Assembly: GCA_963796275.1 (NCBI GenBank)
Contig: CAWCKY010000003.1
Location: 960,001 to 1,024,000, forward strand
Reading direction: 5' to 3'
From: an uncultured Acidobacteriota bacterium
GTDB lineage: Bacteria > Acidobacteriota > Blastocatellia > RBC074
DNA length: 64,000 bases
Shown here in pieces: positions 36,401 to 46,940 of the stretch (positions are counted from its first letter, which is position 1; every line of letters starts with the position of its first letter). The notes beneath the pieces are model-generated. The model saw only the letters and a list, made by a program, of their open reading frames with translations. It was not told the origin of the DNA and did no database searches. Position numbers and translations under genes: made by a program.

Positions 36401-37432
36401 CTATCTCTCCAATACTTCTCCGACCAATTGCAGGCTACGATCGATCATCTCGCGACTCACGTCGTAATGAGTAACCATACGCATTTCGCGCGCGTTGATG
36501 CCGTTGGCCAGCACGCCGCGCGCTTTCAGTTCGGCGGAGAATTGCGCGGTTGACAAGCCAGTTCCTGAAATGTCGAAAATCACGATGTTCGTCTGCACTC
36601 GTTCCGGATCGATCTTTACTCCGCGCAAATCGGCCAGCCCTTCAGCGAGTCGCTTCGCCTTGTCGTGATCTTCAAATAACATCTGGGGAGACTCTTCGAG
36701 CGCGACCAGACCGGCGGCGGCCAGGACGCCGACCTGGCGCATTCCCCCGCCCAGGAGCTTACGCCAGTTGCGAGCCTCATCTATGAAGTCCTGTCTTCCG
36801 ACGACCATAGAGCCGACAGGAGCGCCCAGCCCCTTCGATAAGCAGAACATGACCGAATCGAACGGGCGAGCTACCTCGGCCACCGTAGTATTGAGCGCCG
36901 CCGCAGAATTGAAAATCCGCGCGCCATCCAGGTGCACGGGCAAGCCGAACTCCCGCGCTCCGTTGCATATCTCTTCGGCTACTTTCAAAGGCATCACCGC
37001 ACCGCCGGCCATATTGTGGCTATTTTCGAGAGCGATAAGCGATGTGGCTGTGACGTAATAGGGGGTTTTTTGATGAATTACGCTGCTCACCGAGCCCCAA
37101 TCGAGCAAGCCATTCTCACCGCGGACAGTGCGAAAAGTCACGCCGGACAAAGCTGCTGCTGCTCCCATCTCATAGTTGTAAATATGGCAGCGTTCTTCCA
37201 CTATGACCTCTGTTCCCGGGCGCGTATGAAGTTTTACGCATATCTGATTACCCATCGTCCCCGATGGGACGAAGAGAGCGGCCTCTTTTTTGAAAATCTC
37301 GGCCGCCATGCTCTGGAGGCGGTTAACAGTCGGGTCTTCGAAATAAACGTCATCGCCGACTTCGGCCTCTGCCATCGCGCGGCGCATTCCGGGGGTGGGT
37401 TTTGTTACTGTGTCGCTCCGTAAATCAATCAT
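36401..37432 (-). CDS. ltaE: Low-specificity L-threonine aldolase
   Basis: [36 protein letters not shown]. Confidence 0.94.
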   Translation of the reverse strand: MIDLRSDTVTKPTPGMRRAMAEAEVGDDVYFEDPTVNRLQSMAAEIFKKEAALFVPSGTMGNQICVKLHTRPGTEVIVEERCHIYNYEMGAAAALSGVTFRTVRGENGLLDWGSVSSVIHQKTPYYVTATSLIALENSHNMAGGAVMPLKVAEEICNGAREFGLPVHLDGARIFNSAAALNTTVAEVARPFDSVMFCLSKGLGAPVGSMVVGRQDFIDEARNWRKLLGGGMRQVGVLAAAGLVALEESPQMLFEDHDKAKRLAEGLADLRGVKIDPERVQTNIVIFDISGTGLSTAQFSAELKARGVLANGINAREMRMVTHYDVSREMIDRSLQLVGEVLER

Positions 37433-37579
37433 TTGTATTCTCCGTCATTTGTATTCTCCGTTTCCATTCTCCAATATCTATCAGCTTCTTCTGTGTTCTT
37501 TCGTAATCTTTCGTAATGAACCTCTCAGTCCGCTAAGTCCGACCGTCGCTCTGTTCATTAAAATCCAGCGATGGGCATA

Positions 37580-38715
37580 TCATAAGAATGCAACGAAAAC
37601 TTCATTCGCCAATACTTTGCCCTTGCGGGAGATAACCATGTTTTCGCCGCTCAATTCGATCAAACCCGCCTCACGCAGTCGCTCCAGCTCGTCTCGATAA
37701 CGATCGACCACGTTCACGCCATACCGGTTTCGATGTTCGATCAGATCGACACCTTTTCTCAAGCGCAGACGCAAAAAGATGGCCTCGCTCTGCCGGTCTT
37801 CATCGTTGAGCTCGGAGCGCTCCACGACAGGAGAAATACCGCCCTCGACCATTTCCAGATACTCGTGGATATTACGCGTATTCGACCACCGGGATTCTCC
37901 ATCATATCCAGCAGCCGAAACTCCGAAAGCCCAGTATGGGGCCCCTGTCCAGTATTTCAGGTTATGGCGGGACTCGAATCCTGGGCGCGCCCAATTTGAT
38001 ATCTCATAGTGCTCAAAACCGGATCGTTCGGCTTCATCCATCAAAACGAAATACATTTCAACAGTCAGTTCATCGTCGATCGCACGCAATTCTCCGCGCT
38101 CGATGCGATGGAGTAGCGGGGCATCCCGGTAAAGTTCCAGCAGATACACAGACAAGTGATCCGGAGCCAGCCCGAACGCTTCGTCCAGATTGGCGCGCCA
38201 TATCTCCATCTTCTGTTCGGGCAGCCCCGCGATGAGGTCGATGCTGATATTCTCGAATCCCGCAGCCCTGGACATCTGAACTGCCGAGCGTGCGTCTTGC
38301 GCTGTATGTGTGCGCCCGATCATTTGCAATTCAAGATCACTGAACGATTGCACACCGAAGCTTACGCGATTGATTCCGATTGCGCGCAGTCTTCCGAGAT
38401 AATCCGCGGTGACGGATCCGGATTGGCTTCAATAGTGATTTCGGCGCCCGGATCGATTTCGAATTTTTTATGACAGGTCTCAACCAGACTCGATATCTGT
38501 TCGGTGGAGAGGGTAGTGGGCGTGCCGCCGCCGAAGTACAGTGTATCAACCGAGGTCATCCCCGGATTTGGCGTTATATTTTCAATTTCTCGCCCGAGAG
38601 CGGCGACATAGCGTCGCGCCACGTCCGATTCGTAACCTCCAGTGGCAAAATTGCAGTAGTGGCAACGTGTTGCACAAAAAGGTATATGTAAATAGATACC
38701 TGCCGGCTCGTTCAT
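37580..38715 (-). pseudogene. hemW: Radical SAM heme chaperone HemW split by a 1-nt frameshift near 38417 (probably a sequencing error)
   Basis: [31 protein letters not shown] in one frame; [25 protein letters not shown]...HYEISNW..HNLKYW in another. Confidence 0.85.
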
Positions 38716-38825
38716 AAAGGTAAACAGTATAGCATTTTACCGCGAATATCCGCCCGCTGATAATTTTTGTTCTGTTTTCTTGCAGGAAATTTCTATGGAG
38801 TTTCGCCGCTCATAAGCATATAATC

Positions 38826-39260
38826 ATCTGACTGACAATGTGATTTATGCCGGGGCTTCTCGATTTGCGGTTAGACGAGCCCGGATCAAATCAAGTCGAA
38901 CGTATCAGACTTTAAGTAGTTCAAGGAAGTTAGGCAGACAGATCATTTCGACGCTTCATCGTCGAAATATTGCACATCTTTGCTGATCCGATGCGAGCAT
39001 ATAGGCGTCAACGCCTGGATCAGCGTGTGGCCCATGGGGCCATTGGTGGTATCTCCCCCTGCTGTTGATTAATATCCGGCGCCAAGGAAACGTGCTGAAG
39101 AACCTTGTTCTGCTCATGCTTGCTGAGCTTTGTTCGGTTCTTTCAGCCAATATAATTGGGTAGTAGGTAGGCAAGTATTCAGTAGCAGATTTCTGGAGGG
39201 CACAAGTCTCCTTCAGGAGCCTGCGACCGATTACCTCCTCCTATTTCCATGAGGAGACCC
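38826..39260 (+). ncRNA. Candidate long structured leader or ncRNA upstream of a small membrane-protein ORF
   Basis: TATAAT at 38819-38824; more than 10 complementary segments in three apparent domains; G-U pairs favour the + strand. Confidence 0.5.
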
Positions 39261-39265
39261 CCCCA

Positions 39266-39424
39266 ATGCAAATTTTCGCCACCCTTTTCCTGCAGATCGA
39301 AGATAGACCGGATCTGACCTTCAACTACATCATCATTGCGATTCTATTAGTCATCGCGGCTATTCTGAGCATTGTCGTCGTACGTCGTCGCATCCGCGAA
39401 CGCGACGATGATTGGGAGAATTGA
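39266..39424 (+). CDS. 52-aa single-pass membrane peptide (below ORF-track cutoff)
   Basis: GAGGAG RBS; MQIFATLFLQIEDRPDLTFNYIIIAILLVIAAILSIVVVRRRIRERDDDWEN; 18 hydrophobic residues followed by RRRIR. Confidence 0.7.
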   Translation: MQIFATLFLQIEDRPDLTFNYIIIAILLVIAAILSIVVVRRRIRERDDDWEN

Positions 39425-39508
39425 TTGTGTAGGAGATAGCTCCAGGTTTTTCAAAAACACTATGCAGTGCTAGAATAATTCTCGAAGAATCAAAAAGGTT
39501 TCAGAGAC

Positions 39509-39967
39509 ATGGGTGAAATGTCGAAAGAGAAAGAGATATTCTTCGAGCATTTGCGTCGCGCGGGGTTCAAGAAGACCGCACAGCGGGAGTTGATCCTCGA
39601 AGTTTTTCTCAAAACAGAAGGGCACCTGAGCGCTGAAGATCTGTATCATCTTGTCAAAGTTGAAGACCCAAGCGTCGGGTTTACAACAGTCTATCGCACG
39701 CTCAAGTTATTGCATGAATGCGGTCTGGCGCGGGAAGAGAGACTGGGAGATGGCCGCAAGCGATATGAGCATGAATACAATCATCAGCATCACGATCATT
39801 TGATCTGCACCGACTGCGGCCGGCTGATCGAGTTTTACAGCGAGGTCATCGAGAAAAAACAGGATGAGATCGCTGCTCAATTCAATTTCAAGCCTACGCG
39901 TCATAGTCTGCGCATCTTCGGGATCTGCTCGAATTGCGAGGCCAAACGTAAAATCGCCGGTCGTTAA
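39509..39967 (+). CDS. Fur family metalloregulator
   Basis: [39 protein letters not shown]-terminal CSNC. Confidence 0.93.
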   Translation: MGEMSKEKEIFFEHLRRAGFKKTAQRELILEVFLKTEGHLSAEDLYHLVKVEDPSVGFTTVYRTLKLLHECGLAREERLGDGRKRYEHEYNHQHHDHLICTDCGRLIEFYSEVIEKKQDEIAAQFNFKPTRHSLRIFGICSNCEAKRKIAGR

Positions 39968-39981
39968 GCTCAGAATTTGGC

Positions 39982-40401
39982 GTGGGAACGGTAGTCCCTC
40001 AGCAGAAGTCTATCGTGAGAACGTACAATCGCCGGCACAAGTTGATCTTGCTGCTGCCCTATTTTTGTTTAATGGGCGCCTGTCTGAACAACTCTTCGTC
40101 AGGTGATCAGGAGCGGCTCGGTCTGGACACTACCAGCGTTGAAGCGTTTATGCCGGAACGCATACGCGTCATTTTCAAGCGCAGTTGCGAATCGTGCCAT
40201 GGCATCGACGGGCAGGGAATCGCTGGGATCGCTCCGGCATTGAGGTGCGGCAGCCGCCGCAGTATTGATGAATGGGGAAGATACTTGCGCGAATCGCGCC
40301 ATGCCCATCCGGTTGCCCAGGAGCCGCCCATCTGGCTCGATCCTGATGAGGTAGACGCTGCGGCTGAATATCTAGCTGTAATAAACCACGGGAAAACCTA
40401 G
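39982..40401 (+). CDS. Monoheme c-type cytochrome, probable lipoprotein
   Basis: CESCHGIDGQG..APAL; hydrophobic stretch ending in MGAC. Confidence 0.65.
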   Translation: MGTVVPQQKSIVRTYNRRHKLILLLPYFCLMGACLNNSSSGDQERLGLDTTSVEAFMPERIRVIFKRSCESCHGIDGQGIAGIAPALRCGSRRSIDEWGRYLRESRHAHPVAQEPPIWLDPDEVDAAAEYLAVINHGKT

Positions 40402-40640
40402 CGCCGGGATGCCGACGCGTAATTATCCGGGTTATGACGATTCAAAATATTTCAGATATCCGAACGAGACTACGCGGTGAAGCAGCAGGTCTTGCCGTGA
40501 GGTTAAAGAACGCGTGGCGCATTGTGCGCGACGTTTTGCGCGGCTATTCCAGCGGACAGCCGGCAGATGAATCGCGACCGCGCAAAGGTTGCTGTTAATA
40601 AGATTTGAGATTCGAATTTTGAGATTGATAATTTGAAATA

Positions 40641-41531
40641 ATGATTCCGATGAACGCAGAGATTGAGAGCCTGGTCGAACGCATCACCGACCAGGTTATC
40701 GCGCGCCTCAATGCCGAGGGGAACAATTTTTGGGGACAGGACGATTGCGCTCCCTGCAGCCCGCATCATATCGCGTGCGCGCTCAGGGCCGGGGCTTCCC
40801 GAATCGGACTCGCCCCTGGTCAGTCGGCGGGTGCGGCGGCCGATGTCGCCGGGTATATCGATCACACGCTGCTCAAGCCTGACGCAACGCGCGCTGAAAT
40901 CGAGAAGCTGTGCGAGGAGGCGCGCGCTTACAACTTCGCCTCCGTCTGCATCAATCCGGTTTGGGTAAAAGAATGCGCCTTCGCTCTCTACGGATCGCCG
41001 GTGAAGGCCTGCACCGTGGTGGGTTTTCCATTGGGCGCCACTCTGGCCGACGTCAAAGCATACGAGACGCGGAGAGCGATCTTCGACGGCGCGACCGAGA
41101 TAGATATGGTGATCAATATCGGAGCGCTCAAATCGGGAGACAATGATACTGTTAAGCGCGACATCAGCGCTGTAGTTGAGGCGGCGCACGATGCCTGTGC
41201 GATCGTTAAAGTGATCATCGAAACCGCATTGCTCACCGACGAGGAGAAGATACGCGCCTGTTTGCTGGCGAAGGATGCTTCGGCAGATTTCGTTAAAACA
41301 TCAACCGGTTTCGCCAAGGGAGGCGCAACCGTCTCCGACATCGAATTGATGCGGCGAACGGTGGGCGCCGAGATCGGCGTAAAAGCGGCAGGCGGCGTAA
41401 AAGACCTGGCAGCGGCGCGCGAGATGATCGCCGCGGGCGCGACCCGTATCGGCGCCAGCGCCGGCATCAAAATCGTTCAGGAATTACAAGGCCGGAAGCC
41501 GGTCACTCAGAGTACACCTGGAAGCTACTGA
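40641..41531 (+). CDS. deoC: Deoxyribose-phosphate aldolase with N-terminal extension
   Basis: [50 protein letters not shown]. Confidence 0.95.
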   Translation: MIPMNAEIESLVERITDQVIARLNAEGNNFWGQDDCAPCSPHHIACALRAGASRIGLAPGQSAGAAADVAGYIDHTLLKPDATRAEIEKLCEEARAYNFASVCINPVWVKECAFALYGSPVKACTVVGFPLGATLADVKAYETRRAIFDGATEIDMVINIGALKSGDNDTVKRDISAVVEAAHDACAIVKVIIETALLTDEEKIRACLLAKDASADFVKTSTGFAKGGATVSDIELMRRTVGAEIGVKAAGGVKDLAAAREMIAAGATRIGASAGIKIVQELQGRKPVTQSTPGSY

Positions 41532-41663
41532 AAAGAATTGATAATAATAGTTCGTATAGATTGTGGCAAACACTTCATACGAACTATCAACTATCAATTC
41601 TTTTGTTGACGCTTTCGCGGCTTGTTTGCTAGGATCACGTTTTCTTTCGCAAGAGGGAAATAA

Positions 41664-41735
<72 letters not shown>

Positions 41736-41768
41736 TGCATTTTGCGGACAAAAAAATGAGCCGTGACG

Positions 41769-42083
41769 CTACGGTTTGGGGCGGCGGAGCAATAGTGTTA
41801 AGTGAAACGCACGATGATCACCACCAGCGCCAGTTTGATCTGACCAAACTACTTCATCAAATCCCTGCCGACCAAGCTCGATGAGGGCATTATTCACCTC
41901 CTTAGCATTTACCCCATTGTTAGTCACTACGCGGTATTCCCATCGCTGTGGGGTTGCCTGCGCTGCGACTGCTGGCTCGAGTGTCTTAGCAGAGAGATGA
42001 ATGGATCTGATGCCAAGAGTGGCGGTGAACACACAACCAGCCGCAAATATGATGATCGCCAACACGAAATTTCTAATATTCAT
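41769..42083 (-). CDS. Small exported protein, DUF4177-like
   Basis: AGGAG RBS, signal sequence, QRWEYRVV...L.ELGRQG...LLRRP. Confidence 0.65.
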   Translation of the reverse strand: MNIRNFVLAIIIFAAGCVFTATLGIRSIHLSAKTLEPAVAAQATPQRWEYRVVTNNGVNAKEVNNALIELGRQGFDEVVWSDQTGAGGDHRAFHLTLLLRRPKP

Positions 42084-42163
42084 GCCTGCTCCTTTCGTGG
42101 CTGATCGTAACGAAATAGGGGCATCGCCGCCTGACAAATCCTGACACGTTCTGAATCATCACT

Positions 42164-43978
42164 TTATCGCTGATAAACTATCCGACCTCCCACAATCGTA
42201 TAGAGAGTCTTGACCTTCACCTCTCCCCGCTCATCGATCCAATCCTCGGGCTTCGTTTGCAGCAGGCTCCGATCGAGCACCGTGATATCGGCGAGTTTTC
42301 CTTCAGTCAGCGTCCCCTTGATATCTTCCTCGAAACTCGCATAAGCCGAGCCCCAGGTATATGCCTTGATCGCTTCGGCAATCGTCAGCTTTTCGGCGGG
42401 AAACCAGCCTCCGGCAGGTGTGTGCTGCACTGTCTGGCGCGTGACGGCGGCATATAGGCCATAGATCGGATTGATCGGATAGATCGAAGCCGTCGTCCCC
42501 GGCCAGTCGCTGCCGAAACTCAGGGTCGCGCCTTTATCTTGAATAGTTTTGAATGCATAAGCGCCTTTGCAGCGTTGGTGGCCGATGCGTTCTTCCATCC
42601 AACGCATATCATCGCTCAGATGGAACGGCTGCACTTCGGCCACTATGCCCAGGCATTTCAGACGATCGAAATCTCGCGGCGCGATGACCTGGGCGTGAAC
42701 CAATCGGAACCGGCGGTCGCGCGCTCCGTTGGCGCTGTTCATGGCCTCGATCATATCGAGCATGAGTCCATTGGCTTCGTCGCCGATGGCGTGCACGCTG
42801 ATCTGGATGTCGGCAGCGTCAGCCCTTATCATCATCTCTGTGAATGGTCCTCGATTCAGCTCCGTCCTCCGCTCCGGGGACACCCAGGTCAGCGGCCGCC
42901 AGTGTCCGCGATTCTTCTTATCCGGGTCGTTAGCGTAAGGCTCGTAGAACCGGGCGCCCATTGTTCCCATAATGCCGTCAATGTGGCCTTTGACCGCGCC
43001 GAGACGGACCATCTCACTGCCGAAGCCGCGTTTGATCCCGAGAGCGTTCATATGTTCCCAATTTTCGAGCCCGTATCTGAAATTCACGCGGGCTGTCAGG
43101 TGGCCTGAATCAAGCAACTCATTGTAAATCTGCAATTGTTCGTTGTCCGATATATCTTGAAAAGAGGTCACTCCTCCTTCGCGCACCAGACGCAGGGCAT
43201 TCTCCGTCATCTTTGCCCGCTTCGTGCGATCGGGTCTAATTTCACGCCCCAGGAATTTGGCTTCGATGCCGCGAGCGTTCCTGATTCGCATTGTTCCCGT
43301 AATGCGGCCGCCGCCGTCGCGGATGTGTTCGATCTGATCGTCGTTTCGGTCTTCGACTCCGGCGCGCTTCAAAGCCGCGGTATTGGCAAAATACAGCGAG
43401 CTATCGAACTTGTTGATGAAAAGTGGCGTATCTCCCGTGATCGCGTCGATCGACTTGCGGTCAGGGAACCAGGACTCTTTTTTCCCGGAAGATGTACTCG
43501 CCCCCACCTCCCATTGCTCATAAGCCCCCCAGCCGCCGCCGCGTATAGGTTCGCCGGGATGCGTGGCAACATAATTGCGCACGCGCACCACAAAAGCGTC
43601 GTCCGTATGTACGTCCATCAATTGAATGTTCCAGAAAAAACTGGCGGCGCTCGCGAAATGTACGTGGTTATCGTTGAAGCCGGGTAGAACGAAGCCACCC
43701 TTTAGATCGATCGTCAAAGTGCGATCGCTTTTCAAGGCCAGGCAGTCGGTATTACTGCCGATCTTTGTTATTTTCTCTCCGCTTATGGCAATTGCTTCGG
43801 CCGTGGGTTTCGAGGAATCGACCGTCCATATGTATCCATTGTGAAGGATCAAATCGGCGGTCGCTCTCCCCGTCTGATCCGCATTGAACGATGAGTCGCT
43901 TAGTTGCAGGAAGATGAAAAGGATCAGAACGATTGATAGTTGAGCCCAGCTTGACTGGCATTTCATTCTCGGTTTCAT
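42164..43978 (-). CDS. Amidohydrolase 3 family (YtcJ-like) exported protein
   Basis: PGFNDNHVH, VHAIGD, RLVHAQ, FGSDWP, GKLADITVL. Confidence 0.9.
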   Translation of the reverse strand: MKPRMKCQSSWAQLSIVLILFIFLQLSDSSFNADQTGRATADLILHNGYIWTVDSSKPTAEAIAISGEKITKIGSNTDCLALKSDRTLTIDLKGGFVLPGFNDNHVHFASAASFFWNIQLMDVHTDDAFVVRVRNYVATHPGEPIRGGGWGAYEQWEVGASTSSGKKESWFPDRKSIDAITGDTPLFINKFDSSLYFANTAALKRAGVEDRNDDQIEHIRDGGGRITGTMRIRNARGIEAKFLGREIRPDRTKRAKMTENALRLVREGGVTSFQDISDNEQLQIYNELLDSGHLTARVNFRYGLENWEHMNALGIKRGFGSEMVRLGAVKGHIDGIMGTMGARFYEPYANDPDKKNRGHWRPLTWVSPERRTELNRGPFTEMMIRADAADIQISVHAIGDEANGLMLDMIEAMNSANGARDRRFRLVHAQVIAPRDFDRLKCLGIVAEVQPFHLSDDMRWMEERIGHQRCKGAYAFKTIQDKGATLSFGSDWPGTTASIYPINPIYGLYAAVTRQTVQHTPAGGWFPAEKLTIAEAIKAYTWGSAYASFEEDIKGTLTEGKLADITVLDRSLLQTKPEDWIDERGEVKVKTLYTIVGGRIVYQR

Positions 43979-44034
43979 GTGGATGCTCCTGTGGGTTGAG
44001 TTATGATGAAAACTCTGGTGAAGCTGGCTATATT

Positions 44035-44670
44035 ATGAACGAACTTGAAATCACTGCAACTTTTTTTTCCGGGCAGCAGCTCGATATCCGCTTCGATCGC
44101 GAAGGCTGGAGTCGAGCGCGGCTGCTGACCCTCGATCGCAACTGGCGCGGTGAGGCGGCGCCGTCGCAATTACGTACTATCGCGCGGGCCTTGTGGAATG
44201 CTGATGAGCTTCTCTTCGGCTTCGAATGTCGTTATACCGAGCTCGACGTGGATCAGGAATTCGATATGAATGAAGAGCGCCACGCCCTCTGGGATCGTGA
44301 CGTCTGCGAGGCATTTATTCGCTCCCCGCTGGAACGGCAAGAATGGGTGTACAAAGAGTTCGAAGTGGCGCCGACGGGCCAGTGGTGCGATTTGATTGTC
44401 GACCGCTTGTCGATGACACACGATTGGAAATGGAGAAGCGGCATGCGCACGGCAGGCCGGATAGATGAGAAATTCTGGTGCGCAGTCATGGCGATCCCGT
44501 TTGACGCTTTCGGCCGCCGACCAGAAGAGGGTGAAGTCTGGAAAGCGAATCTCTTCCGCATCAGCCGGTTCGATGGAGAGCGACAATATCTCGCATTTTC
44601 CCCGACCTACACCGAAGAGCCCAACTTTCATGTCCCGGAACGATTCGTCAACCTGCGTTTCGTCGCATAG
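44035..44670 (+). CDS. Carbohydrate-binding family 9-like (DOMON-like) protein
   Basis: ALWDRDVCEAFI, YKEFEVAPTG, AIPF, WKANLFR, PNFHVPERF. Confidence 0.8.
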   Translation: MNELEITATFFSGQQLDIRFDREGWSRARLLTLDRNWRGEAAPSQLRTIARALWNADELLFGFECRYTELDVDQEFDMNEERHALWDRDVCEAFIRSPLERQEWVYKEFEVAPTGQWCDLIVDRLSMTHDWKWRSGMRTAGRIDEKFWCAVMAIPFDAFGRRPEEGEVWKANLFRISRFDGERQYLAFSPTYTEEPNFHVPERFVNLRFVA

Positions 44671-44823
44671 TTTTTAACATGGTCTTAAAACTGCGCAGCG
44701 GGGCGGATTACATTCTTGTTGTTTCTCGGCAGATAGCGAACAAAAACGTCAGAGTAAGGGAAGCCAAAACTGGCGAAACAATCGAAAATACAAGACACCT
44801 TTTTCGTGCGTTTCTTAATCGGC

Positions 44824-46399
44824 TTAGGACCGGAACCGTTCACAATCGATCCCGTACTTTTTGACCTTGTAGTTGATTATGCGTTCGCTGACCTGTAGCA
44901 GTTTGGCAACGCGCGCCTGATTGCCGCGCGTCGTCTTGAGCGTATCGATGATCATCTCGCGTTCGAGTGCCGCTACGGCTGATGTGAGTGAAGCTGCCGA
45001 GATGGTCCCCGAGCCTTCCGCCGTCTGTAGCGTCGGTGGCAAGTGATGGCCGTGAATTACCGCGTCGTCGCAGACGACGACTGCGCGCTCAATGCAGTTT
45101 TCAAGTTCGCGGACATTGCCCGGCCAGTGATAACTCATGAGCATATCGATTGCGGGAGTTGAAATGCGTTTTACCGTTTTGCTGTGCTCGCGCGAATACT
45201 TTTCGACGAAATGATCGGCGAGCAGAAGGATATCCGGCTTCCGCTCGCGCAGAGGCGGAACGAAGATCGTGAAAACATTGAGCCGGTAGTACAAATCTTC
45301 GCGGAATGTGCCATCGGCGATCGCTCGTTCCAGATCCTTGTTCGTCGCCGCAATCAGCCGCACGTCGAGGCTCAGAGTCTCTATCCCGCCGACGCGCTCG
45401 AATTCGCGTTCCTGAAGAACGCGCAGCAATTTGGTCTGAGTGGCCAGCGATATCTCCCCGATCTCGTCCAGAAAGATAGTTCCCCCATTCGCCATTTCAA
45501 ACCGACCTTTGCGACGGGCGTGGGCGCCGGTGAAGGCGCCGCGTTCGTGGCCGAATATCTCGGCTTCTATCAGACTATCTGGCAGAGCGGCGCAGTTTAC
45601 CTTGATAAAGGGATTGTTGATGCGCGTAGAGTTGCGATGAATAAGCTCTGCGATGAGTTCTTTGCCAGTTCCCGATTCGCCGCGAATCAGCACCGTCGTT
45701 TTTGTCGGCGCAACCTGTAACGCCTGTTCGAGAACGATCGTCATCGCGTTGCTGGTGCCGACGAGCGAGCCGAAATCGGCCTTGCTCGGAATGGAGACCG
45801 TACGCGCAAGCCCGGAATTCTCAGCCTCTTCCGTCCGCCGCGAGAGGTGATCCAGACGGAGAGCCTGGCCGATCAACGAAGCGATGACTGATAGGAAGTC
45901 AGCGACCAGGTTAATCTCGCTCTCTTCTTGTTGGCGAAGAAGTGAGCCCAGCGCGCCGATCGTACGCCCGCCGGCATTGACCGGGACGCAGATAAATCCT
46001 CGTTCATCGCGCTCGGATGCAATCGCCCCCGTGCGGTTGAGATAAAGCGGCTCATCGCTTACCTGCGGAACGATCACCGGTCGACCCGACATCACAACCC
46101 GCCCAGTTATGCCCTCGCCTAACTGATATCGACCCTGCGCTCGGCCGCGGCCGCTCACGCCCACCGCGACTGCGACGCGAACTTCGCGCGTCGGCTCATC
46201 GAGCAATGAGGAGCATGCACGATTGCAGCTTGTGCCGTTCGTCGAGCAGCATAAAGACGCGCGTGATTGCATCTTCCAGCTTGAGCGCTTGATCCAGCAT
46301 CCGATGCGCCTCTTGCAGCGTCCTTAACCGGGCCGCTTCAAACTCCGAAGAACCGTTTATCTCATCCCGAGGATTCGCTTTCTCTACAACTGAATTCAT
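44824..46399 (-). CDS. GAF-AAA+-Fis sigma-54 activator; 1-nt frameshift near 46210 (probably an error)
   Basis: GEGITGRV GAF, GESGTGKE, GAFTGA, WPGNVRELEN, C-terminal HTH; N-terminal part in ORF 46196-46453. Confidence 0.85.
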
Positions 46400-46460
46400 T
46401 GAATTTATATCGGTCTTCTTTTCCTTTACGAAAAGTATGAGTGATAACTTCATAACTTTG

Positions 46461-46475
46461 GCAAGCTTCGTGCCA
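46461..46475 (-). promoter_or_regulatory. Sigma-54 -24/-12 promoter facing the activator gene
   Basis: Minus strand TGGCACGAAGCTTGC matches TGGCAC-N5-TTGC exactly. Confidence 0.75.
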
Positions 46476-46776
46476 TCCGGATCCCGCCTTTCATAACAAT
46501 TGTTTAGCAGGATGAGCCGCGAATCTGAAATTGTGCGTTACTGCAAAAATGTATGCTCTTTGCCGTAAAGATACAAAAATGTGCGAGCTTATTTTATACA
46601 CAGAGTGGCCTCGATCCGATGCAGCAATTTTGTGGTCGCTCATTACCGTTGCTACGATCTTGTTCGTGCGGACCCCTGGCGAGATAGCCCGGTAATTCGC
46701 CGATGTGGTTTAACTGCGACGATATCTCATTTCCTCAAAAACACTTACCGTTCGGATTAGACCTTCTTTGTTTGAT

Positions 46777-46791
46777 CGGCACGTTTTTTGC
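46777..46791 (+). promoter_or_regulatory. Sigma-54 -24/-12 promoter facing the HExxH protein gene
   Basis: CGGCACGTTTTTTGC. Confidence 0.7.
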
Positions 46792-46940
46792 CGTGTCTCT
46801 GGCGTGGAGAGGTTAGCCGTGAGCCAAAACTTCACATTTTGAATACAGAAAACTGATAACGATTTAAGCTCGGCTGGGTAGGCTGAAGACCGAGCAGTAG
46901 CTTGATGTTTGTCAATCGTGAAATACGCGATCAGGAGAGG

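Noticed and set aside
38400-38430. Programmed ribosomal frameshifting in hemW (likewise the SIS and activator genes)
   Set aside because: No slippery heptamer or stimulatory structure; several isolated indels fit sequencing error better
38956-39174. 72-aa minus-strand ORF in the hemW-fur interval
   Set aside because: No RBS or motif; the region is better explained by plus-strand RNA structure
44824-46399. nifA / nitrogen fixation
   Set aside because: GAF-AAA+-HTH architecture is generic and no nif genes are nearby
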